A stretch of DNA of 64,000 nucleotides from contig OZ024748.1 in NCBI GenBank assembly GCA_964016885.1, positions 27,280,001 through 27,344,000 on the forward strand, written 5' to 3'. Of the stretch, positions 43,668-58,119 are shown piece by piece. The DNA comes from Eledone cirrhosa. Lineage: Eukaryota. The translations under genes and the position numbers were made by a program. Every line of letters begins with the position of its first letter. Position 1 is the first letter of the stretch. The notes beneath the pieces are model-generated. The model ran no database searches. It had not been told where the DNA came from and worked only from the letters and a program-made list of their open reading frames with translations.

Positions 43668-43723
<56 letters not shown>

Positions 43724-43978
43724 AAAGAATAGAGGTGTAACACACAAATTATTATATATTGGTAAACGGAATAGAAAATGCTGACAAATTGTTCACAGTT
43801 GAAAAATGGTTTAATTAGGAATAAAAGAGTATTAGTGATTGTATGGGTTAGTATTCAGTTGTGGTTTTAAGTTTTTAAGTTTTTACCGGTTGCGCATTTC
43901 TAAATGCTTTTCAAAAATAATTTTGAAATAGAGTGTCCGTGTTGTTTGCTCTGATCTGATTAGTTTTGGGAATTCTAC

Positions 43979-44223
43979 CTGTTTTTATGTTAAAAAAGTG
44001 GCTCCAGCGTTATTTTGGTGTTGCAAAAATTCTTGTGGTCAAAACAATTTTGATTGGTCGGTAGAGGTCATGTGAATGTAAAAAATTGATTTTGCGCCAA
44101 GACTGTTTTTATGTTAAAAAAGTGGCTCCAGCGCTACTTGGTGTTTGCAAAAATTCTTGTGGTCAAAACAATTTTGATTGGTCGGTAGAGGTCATGTGAA
44201 TAAAAAATTGGTTTTGCGCCAAG
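43979..44223. repeat. Tandem duplication of about 124 bp within a probable decayed Penelope-like fragment
   Basis: ctgtttttatgttaaaaaagtggctccagcg occurs twice. Confidence 0.75.
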
Positions 44224-44249
44224 ATTGAGAAATGACTCTTTCACAACAA

Positions 44250-44320
<71 letters not shown>

Positions 44321-45351
44321 TGCTGGCCTTGTGCCAAAAGTAGAAACAATTATATATTACTTTTCACACACATACACGCACACATAAACACACACATGCA
44401 CACACACACATATACACACATACACAGACACACGTTCACATATACAAACACTTAAATAAAATATAAACTAATATTTCTTTGGTCTGTTCACTGATTATAT
44501 TGAAATATACTGGATTGTCACGACACACGTAAAATGTATTTTTTTTTTCAGAAATCTGTTGATGGAAGCGACGTAAGGTTTGGCGTAGGAGGGGACTAGG
44601 TAGGGTGTGGTGTGATGACATCTGTAGTGTGAAAGATCGAGGAAGGATTAAAGAGCAACTGTTGTGAGTCGTTAATATTCAGGAGAAAAGTGTGGGATGT
44701 CATATGGAACCTTGTGGCACACCAATATTTATAGGTGAGCGAGTGTTCAAGCAGAGCACATTGTGCGCTAAGACAGTTGAATCCCATAGGGATTAAATCT
44801 TTGTTGATACCAAGTCAACAAGATTATAATCAATAGCTTAGTTTAAAATATCCAATTAAAACATAATTAAAACGCTCCCATTAAAACATGTATATTCCTC
44901 TAATTATTATAACGAGTTCCATGATATTGCTTTGTCGAAGCTTCTCAAACATTTAGAAACCTGAATGTGCGACAAAGGTGACAAAGAATCCAGTCGCTTC
45001 TACAGATGTACTGATCGTCACTACAAGGTACAGTTGTAGGTCTTGAATATATACATTCTTTATACTTTCGTTCTTTTAATGGTTTCAGTCATTAGGCTGC
45101 GTCTATGCTGGAGCATTGCTTTTTATGGTTTTACTCAATCAGATCGTATCGAACCCTGTACTTGTTTCAGTTTGGTACGTATTTTACCGATCTTTATTTG
45201 TCGAATAGCTAAAGGGCAAAACATAAGCAACATGAAATTTTAGATCGATGTATAGACACAAATCCTGCCATTTGTATGTATGTATGTATGTATGTATGTA
45301 TGTATGTATGTATGTATGTATGTATGTATGTATGTATGTATGTATGTATGT

Positions 45352-45859
45352 ATCCTTGAAAGCCTCTCTGAAAGACGCTAACATCTCTGCTGATACATGG
45401 GAAAATATTGCTGCTGATCGTAATAAATGGAGAAAGACTGTATATGAGGGAAAAGTTGCCTTTGAGGCATCTCGAATCGCATTCGAGAAAGTAAAGTGGG
45501 ATGTGAGGAAGGGCATTGCTGTTGCACTTCCAGACGGCGAGGGTCCTCCTATGGTGCTGACATGCAGCGTCTGTGCGACACTCTGCCTAAACAAAGCTGG
45601 ACTCGAAAGTCATCTTCACAGTCATAAAGTAAGACCAGTGGTTGACTACCAGGCTGCTGTTGGAGATGCTACTCATCATGCTTGCCAAACATGTGGTACA
45701 GAATGTAGATCAGCAGGAGGGCGCAAGCGACATGCAAAAGTACACGAACTCCAACCACAGCCGGCTATTCCCAGTGAATGTTTTGGTTGCCGACTCTGTG
45801 CAAGACATTTTAGATCATTGGCTGGGCTAAAAAGCCACATTCGATCGCAGTGCTGTTAG
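45352..45859 (+). mobile_element. RTE LINE C-terminus with three C2H2-like fingers
   Basis: LKASLK...WENIAADRNKWRKTV followed by CSVC..H..H, CQTC..H..H and CRLC..H. A related 3' end lies near 46115-46150. Confidence 0.7.
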
Positions 45860-45864
45860 TTGTT

Positions 45865-45906
<42 letters not shown>

Positions 45907-46479
45907 TATGTATATTATTATTGTTGTTGTTGTCGTTATTATTATTGTTGTTATTATTATTATTATTATTATTGTTATTAATGTATATGTGTGTATGTAT
46001 ATATATATATGTGTATGTATGTGTGTGTGTATATATATATATTTCTTTTTTTTTCTTTTCTTTTCTTTTTTATTTATTTATTATTATTATTATTTTTTTT
46101 GTTCTCCTCGTGCAATGGCCATACTCGATAACGAGGGGGCAGCCATCATGTATGTATGTATATATGTTCTTCTGGTTTTATAATTTCACAAATTTTTGCC
46201 AATAGAGAGAGAGAGAGGTTTCTAACATATCTACAAGATTCTCTCATTAGAATTTACACATCAACTAGGTAGATATGTCTGCATGTCTGCAAGCATGCAT
46301 GAGTGTGTAGGTATGGATGTTATTCTATGTGTGTATGTGGATGTTTTGAGTTGTATGTGTGCATGTGCATATGTTTTGTATCTGTACATGTGTATATGCA
46401 GTTATTAGATGCAGAATTTTTGGAATGTTTTACATATTGTTACTGTTCCATTAATGGATTGTACTCGTAATTTCCTAAC

Positions 46480-47900
46480 TAATCGTGTTCTTTCTGTTTT
46501 TGGTGTGTTGCCTGCATCCCTACTTCTTTTGTGAATCAAGTATTTTATGTTGACTTCCTGTTCTTGGATTGCAAAAGCGTATCCTTCAAAGTGGGAGCTA
46601 ATATAGCGGTTCTTGGTCCAAGATAGACTACTTTACTTATCTATAATGCTCTCACTCTGGAGCTTCCTGGCAATATATCCATGCATGATTTTTTGCTGAT
46701 AAGAATTCAGTTTTTCATCCATGGACTCATTTCAGTATTTTCCCTACGTGTGTGTTTTTGATTATCATGCAGGGAGTATCTTTCAAGGTGTTCCGTGGAG
46801 GTTCGTAGATGTTGTCGGAGGGATATGAGGCGATACTCAAATGCTGTCGGGACTGATGTTCGGCTATTTCCTCCCTGCTTACGCTTCAGGTAGAAGCGTT
46901 CTATATCACTGTTGATGTGGAAGTTTCCGGTGTTTAGGATTTTCCGGGTTTTAACATCAATTGCTCGGATTTCTTCTATCATCCAGTCGAGTATTCCAAA
47001 CGTTGGTGTTATGACAGGCACAGCAAACACATTGTGAGCCACTGTTTTATTGTGCACAGAGATTTCAGATGACCATATTTTTCTTAAACGGGTGTAATAT
47101 TTCTTGGTTACACGTTCCTTGTTACAGATACCATCATAGGATATATTCTCATCTATCCCCAGGTATCTGTAGCAGTCCTCGTCAGATATCAGTGAAACAG
47201 TTAGGCCATTGACAAAAATGTTGCTAGATTGGGTTGTAGTTTTTCCCCACTTTACAATCATATATGAACATTTATCTTGGCCAAACTCTATTCTTATATC
47301 CTTTGAGAATGTTGTAACCAGATCAAGAGTTTTCTTCATCCCATCTATGTTCTTGGCATAGAGTTTCAGGTCACCCACAAAGAAAGTATGGGTTAAGTTC
47401 GTATTTCTGCCCTCCTGTGAGCCAATGATGTATCCTTCACATTTCTTGAGCAGAAAGGACATGTGGTTTAATGGCAGGATAAATAGTAGCACAGAGAGAC
47501 TGTCGCCTTGAAATATACCCCTGCGATATTCTAATTTATCACTGAAAATAGAGTCCTCCTTCTCTGTTTTTAACTTTAGGATAGTAGCCCAAGAAGACAG
47601 CCTCTCTACGGCTCTGATAATAATGCCTGGGACTTTAGCAAGTCGGAAGGCCTCTGTCATCCAAAAGTCGGGAACAGAATGAAATGCTTTCCTGTAGTCC
47701 AGCAAGACTGTAGCCATATTCCTCCTAAGTTGCCGCACCTCCGACATTGCAGTTTTGTTGATTAGGAGTTGTTCAGTACACCCCAAACACCTTTCTTTCC
47801 AGCTGCTTGTTCATCTGTGATGAGGTTATTATTTTCACAGTGATCTTTGAGAAATAGGTTCAGGCAGGCTGTATACATCTTATACATTAGGTTCTGGCTT
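46480..47900 (-). mobile_element. R4/Dong-like non-LTR retrotransposon RT (decayed)
   Basis: ORF 46707..47786: LDYRKAFHSVP, GIFQGDSLS, FVGDLKLY (catalytic DD mutated), YRYLG. Confidence 0.88.
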
Positions 47901-47984
47901 GCAATGGGTTGGTGGTTTTTTGCCTAATGGGTGCCTTTGTTCTTGGGGGACCAGTATATGTATGTATGTGCGTGGGCATGTGCT

Positions 47985-48124
<140 letters not shown>

Positions 48125-48153
48125 CGTGTGTGTGTACTAAAGCCTTTACTTAC

Positions 48154-48288
48154 CTCCGTTGAAAACGTTAACTAACGAGAATATCAATTCCTTACTTCCT
48201 GGCCCTACAACGATGTTGTCTGGAGAGAATCGGATCTTGTCGTAACGGAAGTGGAAATCACTGATTGCTTGCCGTAGTTGAGGAATAC
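48154..48288 (-). CDS. PLP aminotransferase, coding exon 2 (GIPQLRQAISDF...VVGPGSKELIF...)
   Basis: 135 bp, ttttag/gtaagt; GxPxLRxAI motif. Confidence 0.93.
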
Positions 48289-49059
48289 CTAAAAAGACAA
48301 ATATGATGCTGGAAGTTATATATATGTATATATGTGTGTGTGTATACACACACACATAAATTTAGATTTCGTCAGCATATCCACCCATTCCGCAACTAAA
48401 ATAGAACCAATGGTACTTCATAATCCAGGTTACTGTGGAGGTTAAATGCCCAAAACACCCAATATGAAAAATCCTTATTTTGGTCAAATCTTGTATGAGT
48501 AAAACAAAAATCTTGTCAACTAAGTTCTATTGAAAGCTATAGAATTATATTTACTAAAACACAATTTGCAACAGACACCCCGAACATGTGTTTTCTTTTC
48601 AGAACACGTAAAACTCTTCCGATTTTTTACATCTTCCAGTTATTTTAACACATGAGAAAAAGAGTCTTTTTTTACCTTAATAGTTACCTATATGACTGGG
48701 TTTTCTTGATTGTGCATTTGAATATATAATAAGCTGGTCTACAATATTAATGCCAGGGCTTACACGCACGGGATGTCCCAATGCAGATTATGTAATATGG
48801 AATTGCTCCATATCTTACAATATAATAACAAATTCTTAAACTACAAACCAAAATAAACAGGATTCGATCAAATAACCTAACTATGTGTATACGCATTATA
48901 ACTATGCTTTCTAGCATAGTTACGTCCCTTTACAGTCTGAGTTCAAATCCCGACGAGGCTAACTTTGCCTTTCATCCTTACGGGGTCGATAAAATAAAAT
49001 ACCAGTAATGTACTGGGTAATTGCTGGCCTTGTGCCTAAAGTAGAAACAATTAATATTA

Positions 49060-49340
49060 CTAATAACAATATTAATACTAATAATAATCGTACCGTTCCT
49101 ATTGACAACAACTCCGGAAAATGTAACTGTAGAAACGAATTAAATTGCCCTTTACAGAATAATTGTCTAGATAAAAACTTAGTATATAAATGCATTAACC
49201 AATCAAATCCAAGGAACAAACTCCTAACCAATCAGATGCAAGAGAAGCTGGCATTCTAAGAACACTCCCTCAGTGAATAAGTATTTTCTCTTTATAGACA
49301 CAGCCCTTCAACTCTCTTCCCCTCACATATGGTATCAATC
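49060..49340 (+). mobile_element. Penelope-like fragment
   Basis: CNCRNELNCPLQNNCLDKNLVYKC, the Cys motif that precedes the GIY-YIG domain in PLEs. Confidence 0.6.
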
Positions 49341-50039
49341 ATCCATTTGGCAGTATCGGTAGAGGGTCGGACGCCATGCTTTCCAGCATAGTTACGTCCC
49401 TTTACGATCTGAGTTCAAATCCCGCCGAGGTTGACTTTGCCTTTCATCCTTACGGGGTCGATAAAATAAAAGTACCAGTAATGCACTGGGTAATTGCTGG
49501 CTTTGTGCCTAAAGTAGAAACAATTATTGCCATTGTCACCCTCAATCTACACCCCTACGATCTTAACCCCCACCTTTATCACCCATGTATATCCCTGCTT
49601 TAATCTCATCTTTCAATTTATTTATGTCTTTTATTATATTGTCCATCATACTAAACTGTCCATCACCCTATTATTCTTTCATCCTAGCGTCTGTATACAT
49701 ATATCTATATGTTTATCTTCTTTTATTTTTATTACTTTTTTTAATTATTATTTTATTTTTTATTCTTATTTTATTTTATTTTATTTCATCTTATTATTTC
49801 TCATTTCACTGTATTTTCATCTTGTTATTTTTCATGTCGAATATCTGTACAATGCGTTGTATTGCCAGTCCCGAACCAGTATTTTGATAATTTGGCTGGT
49901 GACAACAGTATTTAAAATCGAATGCCAAAGCAGCACTACAGATAGCGATTTTTAGACACATCGAGCCAATGAAACATGTGTTAATACTTGGAATAAACCC
50001 TACTGTATAGCTTATCCATGTTATTCTTCACTCGTTCAT

Positions 50040-50080
<41 letters not shown>

Positions 50081-50246
50081 TTACAGGTAAAGAGGCAAGC
50101 TGTGTGGTTACTGTAAACAAATTGTAAGATGGTAATAGGGACGTAAACAAGAGAAGAAAAGTAGCCCTTCATCAGCTGTTTACTGCGGATCATAGATGTT
50201 TCGGCGCTTTAAACAAGGCATCGATCGGCAGCGCGCCCGAGGCCTT

Positions 50247-50376
<130 letters not shown>

Positions 50377-51481
50377 AGAGAATAATCAAGTTAGACTTAC
50401 AACATAATTTTAATTCTACATATATTTCAATGCATAACGGCGAGTCATGCCTCAATATGCATTGGGTACTTGTCCGTTGATCTACATATTGCTATAAGTT
50501 TCAACATTATTACATGCCAAAGGTAACCTCATACCATATCAAATAATGTAATAACATGCAAAAAGTGAGTACATTTAAAAGCAACAGCAAGGCATAAACA
50601 GAAGCGGTGTTAAAAACAGTATAATAAAATTTAGCACTTCAGTGCATCCATACATGAGCAGATATATTATTTAAGTTACAAGAGATTTTTTAGCAATCTG
50701 ACACGAAAAATACAATGTTTTAATCAACCATGCAATAGGTGTATACAAATATACAAAGAAACATAAAATGGAAAGGATAGATAATGTCTTAATTTAATTT
50801 TAAACTTAATTCTTTTTAAGGAAATTTTTACCGGTATAGTAAAAATCTTGATGGTAGAATATAGTATTAATCTTATTTAAATTATCTTAGACTACAGTTC
50901 AATAAATAAATAAAAAGGTATGTTATTAAAACAATTAATTTCCCAATGGCATTAAGTTACCTTTTTCATGTATTAATATTGAAACTTATAGCAATATATA
51001 AATTCCTGAGGATATGTAGACCGGACAAGTACCCATTGTGTATTGCGGTATGGCCCGCTGATATACATTGTAACGACCGTAGAATTAAAATTATGTTGTA
51101 AGTGTAATTTGGTTATTCTCTCTCAATTTATAAAATTTTGAGCTCTGCAGCCCGTGCTCTAACAGTCTATAGTAAAATCTATTACGGCTAATAACTCCCT
51201 CAGACTTTTTCGATTACTGCTGGACCAAGGATACTGATTAGCATAAAGCTTCTATCCAATATAACCAATATTAGCAAGGACAGAAGCAACCCAAACCATG
51301 CGGTCGAAAAACAGCATGCAGGATTTTTAACGAAAGAACAATTTAAGAAATGTATTTGAAAACGTAAGAGAAAGCAAGCTTCGCTAAACATCAATCTTTT
51401 TGAACATGTTATAAAGATCCCTTTTTATATATACCAGGTGTGCTTTACGAACCATCGTTTTATTATCTTTTTCCTTATATA

Positions 51482-51537
<56 letters not shown>

Positions 51538-51758
51538 CACATGCTTACGCACGTGCACAAGTATAGCTCGTTTTTTTTTTCCATTTCAGGTAGACGCGCG
51601 CCATCATCCACCTTTCTAAAAAATAAATCATACACAAAACGCCAGCACCAACAGTTTTGCAAGAGATGTCAACGTGAATGGACTGTTATTTTTATCTAAA
51701 GACATTTTTTTCAATTCCATCCCGCCCGTCCCCTCAATCTATCTTATTTCTCATTCTT

Positions 51759-51794
51759 TCTTCTGATGAAGGACTAGCGTCCGAAACGTTAAGA
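51759..51794 (+). ncRNA. Minimal type I hammerhead ribozyme
   Basis: tctt-CTGATGA-a ggac tagc gtcc-GAAAC GTT-aaga; same architecture as 17963-17998. Confidence 0.8.
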
Positions 51795-51878
51795 CCCTCT
51801 TCCTGCTATATCAAGTGTTATCCTAATATATCTCTTCCATATACTGTACCGATTGTGTTGTTATTTCTGTTTACCTTT

Positions 51879-51915
<37 letters not shown>

Positions 51916-52396
51916 CCATTCTGTCGAGAGCTTTATTCGATTTGTGATATTTTGCATTCTCGCAATATTATACACAACTGAATCATTCGCCTAATATAAG
52001 TGTTGCCTCCCTTGCTGAACTCCACGTGGGGTCAGTAATAGCCACACTTATGTATAGCATTTGGAGCAAAAACCCGTTGATAACACGACTTCCTTGTTCA
52101 TCATCTTACCAGAAGCCCAACATTCTTTATGTAGGCGGACAGTACCTGTTTTTGGAGTCGCAGAAACCAATACTGGATTTTACCATCAGTCCAGGGTCCG
52201 GGTAAATTATCAACACATATATTTTTATTGTTTGACCCGAATTACTTGGTCGTTTGTTTTGGCTGTGCGGATGATCTGTTTAACCATCATCTCAGTGTGT
52301 TTGGCCCTTAACGTATGTTGTAGCTCTGATTCACATGAATCATCGAGTGGTTGCCACACATCTCGAGCTGAAATACGATTCTCGCTAATTTATATT

Positions 52397-52676
<280 letters not shown>

Positions 52677-52760
52677 TTTGCTCTACGGTTCTTATATATT
52701 TGATATATATTTATCCTTATCGAGCCCTCTTTGGATTTTAGTCTTCAAATTTATTATTAT

Positions 52761-52821
<61 letters not shown>

Positions 52822-52947
52822 AATGCCTATATATATATATATATATATATATATAGGCATTACATTTTTTGTATGCACGTGCGTTTATGCGTATGTATGT
52901 ATACATCTGTATATATAAGCATATATTCAGCTATGCATCTCATTTAC

Positions 52948-53155
52948 CTGCCACCGCGACATATTCATTCTCTGTTGCATATTCACGTAGACCTTCGACA
53001 GCTTCCTCCATGACGGGGAATGGCGACTGCCCAAAACCAAAAGCATGAATTATTTTGCCAGCCTTGATTTGCTTCTTGATGTTTTGGTTGAGAATAACAT
53101 TAGCTGCCATTCCAAAACCTCGCAAATGGGAACGGATCAACTCCTCCTTGGACAT
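52948..53155 (-). CDS. PLP-dependent aminotransferase class I/II (aspartate aminotransferase-like, subgroup Ib), first coding exon
   Basis: MSKEELIR...HAFGFGQSPFPV...Y..VAG with gtaaat donor. An acceptor (ccgcag) before 53175 implies an upstream non-coding exon. The 12 exons sum to 1299 nt in one open frame. Confidence 0.9.
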
Positions 53156-53258
53156 TCTGGATCAGGGTTATTGATCTGCGGATTTGGAAAGAAAAGAAAA
53201 CGAAAGAAAACACGTAAATAAAACGAATTTATTGATTGAATATCACAAGAACTTAAAA

Positions 53259-53322
<64 letters not shown>

Positions 53323-53325
<3 letters not shown>

Positions 53326-53439
53326 AACCAGTAAGACCCCGACAGCTGAGCTCAAGCCGTTTCGACGGCTAATTCTGGACTCGAAACGGCTTGAGCTCAG
53401 CTGTCGGGGTCTTACTGGTTCCTTACCACATTTCCTTCG

Positions 53440-53442
<3 letters not shown>
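53323..53442. repeat. Palindromic mini-element in (TA)n
   Basis: ggaaccagtaagaccccgacagctgagctcaagccgtttcga and its reverse complement; same family as 31405, 32490 and 22190. Confidence 0.85.
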
Positions 53443-53521
<79 letters not shown>

Positions 53522-53823
53522 ACAGTCGATCGTCAACTCGGACCGAGGAAACAATGTTTCCAGTGCGCGAGCGCGCGCGTGTGTGTGTGTGTGCGTATTT
53601 GTGTGTGCGTATGTGTGTGCGCGTATTTGTGTGTGCGCGTAGGGGTGTGTGTATGCGTGTATATATATATATATATATATAAACCCTTTTGATACAAACC
53701 CATCTGCAACCGTCCCTAGTATTACGATACATCTCTTTAATAATCCTCTTATTAGTACAAACATAACCTTATTCATAGTAGAGCTATAGGTATTAAATGC
53801 GGCATATATGATATGTTTATGTC

Positions 53824-54026
53824 CAGGGTGTTTCAACAAATTAGATATTTGAGATGTAAATATTCCAGAGACTACAAAGTCTAGGACAACAAGACTGAGC
53901 TGGTTTAATGTTGAGCAATAATAAGATTTATTCCTCAAAATCTGTCAACTTTATAATACTAATTCACAATATATATTGGTAGTTTCTTGGATATTTACAT
54001 CTCAAATAATATTTTGAAATACCCTG
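53824..54026. mobile_element. Tc1/mariner-type MITE
   Basis: TIRs cagggtgtttcaa / ttgaaataccctg followed by TA. Confidence 0.6.
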
Positions 54027-54319
54027 TATATTAAACATATATACGTCTCGCTATGAATATTTTAAGCTGTGATCATGTTCATATAAAAAATTAAGAAGAC
54101 ATCCTATCATAAATTTCATGTGAAAACCTTTATCTGTCTGGCTTAAAATATCAATTGATCAGGTAGCTATTTTAGTTAATCTCTTCAAATTCTTGATTGG
54201 CTTTAATATTTAATATTATCTGGAACTTAGAAGTGTGGATTTCTTAGAATTGTGGTGAGGAAACAGATACGGCGTTGGACTATAGAATATATATGGCCTC
54301 AGTATTTATTGCAGCTCAA

Positions 54320-55078
54320 CACCACTGCTACCACCACCACTATCACCACCACCACCACCACCACCACCAGCACCACCAATCACCAGCACCAGCACCACCA
54401 CCACCACCTCCACCACCCCAACCACCACCAATCACCACCACCACCAACAACCACCACCACCCACCAATCACCACCACCACCACCACCAACCACCAATCAC
54501 CACCACCACCACCACCACCACCACCACCACCACCACCACCACCACCACCACCACCACTACCGCCACCACCACCACCACCACCACCAACCACCACCAACCA
54601 CCAATCACCACCACCACCACCACCACCACCACCAACCACCAATCACCACCACCACCACCACCAACCACCACCACCAACCACCACCAACCACCAATCACCA
54701 CCACCACCACCACCACCACCACCAACCACCAATCACCACCACCACCACCACCACCACCACCACCACCACCACCACTACCGCCACCACCACCACCACCACC
54801 ACCACCACCACCACCACCACCACCACCACCACCACCACCAACCACCACCACCACCACCACCACCAATCACCACCACCACCACCATCAACCACCAATCACC
54901 ACCACCACCACCACCACCACCACCACCACCACCACCAACCACCACCAACCACCAATCACCACCACCACCACCACCACCACCACCACCAACCACCAATCAC
55001 CACCACCACCACCACCACCACCACCACCACCACTACCGCCGCCACCACCACCACCACCACCACCACCACCACCACCAC
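54320..55078. repeat. (CCA)n satellite with recurrent ccaaccaccaatca higher-order unit
   Basis: Direct reading. Confidence 0.9.
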
Positions 55079-55650
55079 ATTATGTTGACTGCTATGAACT
55101 GCATTGCAGCAGATTATGAACTATTCAATATTTTCTTAGTTCTAGAGACACACGCAGTGACACACACAAACATATAGACACTCAGATACACACACATACA
55201 CAGACACACCGACACTCACAGAGACAGAGGTGGTGGTGGTGGTAGTGGTGGTGGCTGTTGTGTTGAGCCCCAATAAACATACACATACACACACACTGAA
55301 ACACACGCAGACAGACCAATAGACAGATACAGACACATGCACACACACATATATATATATACACATCCATACAAAAGTGCATGTATGTGTGTGTGTATGT
55401 GTATGTGTGTGCGTATGTATGTGTGGTTACAAACGTCATCATAACTAATATATTATTGTCAAGCTGTTGTTTTCACACATACACGTATATTCATAAACAC
55501 ACACATATATTCATAAACACACACACATGCACATACATGTGCATGTGTGTGTGTTTATGTAGTGCTTCTGCATGTGTGTGTGTGAGTCCATTAATCACGG
55601 AAGTACTCAATGCATGGGGAAAGTCAGAGTGGGTATAGAGATAGGTAAAA

Positions 55651-55712
<62 letters not shown>

Positions 55713-55746
55713 TGTATGTATATATATATATATATATATATGCATG

Positions 55747-55810
<64 letters not shown>

Positions 55811-55846
55811 TGTATGTATATATATGCATGTATATATATATGCATG

Positions 55847-55912
<66 letters not shown>

Positions 55913-56245
55913 TGTATGTATATATAATTCCGATGATAGATACGAATTCTTAAATCATTTAACGCTCTGCGACTGTTTCAATACATCTCTCTAAGAATAT
56001 AATTTTTTCTACTTTTGGCACAAGGCCAGCAAATATCCAGTACATTACTGGTACTTTATTTTATCGATCCCGTAAGGATGAAAGGCAAAGTTAGCCTCGG
56101 CGGGATTTGAACTCAGATCATAAAGGGACGTAACTTTATGCTTCAAAGCATGGTGTCCGACTCTCTAGCGATACTGCCAAACATACACTGAATCGACTGA
56201 CAATCTTTACATCTCTTCAGTTAACCTTTTGTATATCTGAATGTA

Positions 56246-56358
<113 letters not shown>

Positions 56359-56444
56359 ACAGAGTGTTTAATCGAGACTTTAACAATGTGTATATGAATA
56401 TACCAGAAAATATGAATTTCCTTGTCAATTGAAATAACGATAAA

Positions 56445-56493
56445 ACACCTATAATTGATTTTCGGATCTAATTGGATCCTCTTCAGAAGGCGT
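56445..56493 (-). ncRNA. Minimal type I hammerhead ribozyme
   Basis: acgcctt-CTGAAGA-ggatc caatta gatcc-GAAA ATCAAT TA-taggtgt. Confidence 0.7.
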
Positions 56494-56742
56494 GTATATT
56501 ATCTAATAAACCATTCCGAAATGGAGATACTAATTTGCATATAATTAGCGTTCATAATGGTAATTAATTATGATATAACTTCGGCTGCTAGTTTAGTTCT
56601 TAATATATATATAATCGGTGACCGCGTGCCGTCGCTATAACACTGAATTGAGAGGCTATCCTCGAATAGAATCGGTCCTCTATTTTCTATTTTCTATTCT
56701 CTATTTATGTTCAACGTTACCCTGTTATATAATTCCTCAAAT

Positions 56743-56798
56743 AACACCTGATGAAGTCGTCTAGTTTTGCATCATGGTCGAAATATGTATAGTGCGTT
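56743..56798 (+). ncRNA. Decayed hammerhead-like motif
   Basis: cac-CTGATGA...tc-GAAA TATGTA TA-gtg; stem II poorly paired. Confidence 0.45.
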
Positions 56799-56879
56799 CG
56801 CGGAATTAAAATTCTAAAATAAATTTCCAGTCGAGCCTTCTGTTGTTTTAAAGTATATATATATATATATATACACAAG

Positions 56880-57210
56880 AAGTGTTGTTGATGGATTATC
56901 TCCAAAAGGGTCACACCATCGCCGGACAATACTACTGCTTAAACGTCTGTGTGAGAACATCAAGAAGAAGAGGCCAGGATTGCTGACGAAAGGGATCTTT
57001 TTCCATCATGACAATGTTCCTGTCCCCTCTCTGGTAGTGACAATAGCAACAATCCATTACTCTGGGTTCCAACTCATCCCTCATTCACTATACACGCCAG
57101 ACCTCGTACCTCCTGACTTCTACCAGTTCCCAAACATAAAAAGGATATGACCGGACAACACTATACCACAGAGGATGACGTCATAGATGATGTGGACAGG
57201 TTTCTTGGTG
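56880..57210 (+). pseudogene. Mariner transposase fragment
   Basis: VLLMDYLQKGHTI...KKKRPG...FHHDNVP...HSLYTPDLVPPDFYQFP (HDNA and YSPDLAPSD motifs), frameshifted. Confidence 0.8.
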
Positions 57211-57234
57211 GCTCAAAACTTTTCAGTTGAATGA

Positions 57235-57530
57235 CCATGGGATTTGCACCTAGAAAGTTCCCCCTGCCCCCATGACACAAGTTGGAGCAAGGTTGTTTGT
57301 GGAAGACCAGCAGTCACCCATGCATACCAGTCTCCCCTCTCCACGCCACTGATGTTGTCCAAGGGAAAGGCAATGGCCGATACAACTTGGTACCAGTGAC
57401 GTCACAACTCATTTCTACAGCTGAGTGAACTGGAGCAACGTGAAATAAAGTGTCTTGCTTAAGAACACAACACAGTCTAGTCCGGGAATCGAACTCACAA
57501 CCTCACGATTGTAAGCCTGTCGTTCTAACC
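57235..57530 (-). mobile_element. SINE family 2 copy
   Basis: gggaatcgaactc B-box complement; shared core. Confidence 0.55.
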
Positions 57531-57600
57531 ACATATTCACACACGTACATACACACACACATACACACATTCACACATACAGACTCACACACACACACAC

Positions 57601-57666
<66 letters not shown>

Positions 57667-58038
57667 TGTGTGTGTGTGTATACATCTCTCTCTCTCTCTC
57701 TCCCTGTATGTGTGTACAATATATATTGTATATACGTACTGCGCTAAATTATAGCTACTTTATGGGTAACATTAGAATATACGTGTCTGACTACGATGTC
57801 AAGAGTATGGGTGTGTGTGTGTATGTATGTGTGTATATGTGTGTGTGTATATGTATGTGTGTATATGTATGTGTGTTCGACATCATTGGATGTCGTTCGA
57901 CTTTGTTAGAGTCAGAAGCAATTAATGGATATTTAGTCAGACAAATTCTATATCCGTTGATATCATGCAGCGTGAATCGATCAATGTCATGGACTTAACA
58001 ATTGTCGCAGAAATTACACGTTATAAATATACTTCAGT

Positions 58039-58116
<78 letters not shown>

Positions 58117-58119
58117 AAA

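Noticed and set aside
46707-47786. Active reverse transcriptase gene
   Set aside because: Catalytic DD is mutated to GD, with frameshifts on both sides and truncation.
50160-50210. Permuted hammerhead (GAAAC...CTGATGA on -)
   Set aside because: Stem I and the NUH site cannot be formed convincingly.
54252-55177. Extensin/His-rich or Pro-rich protein
   Set aside because: (CCA)n satellite open in several frames on both strands; no splice or domain support.
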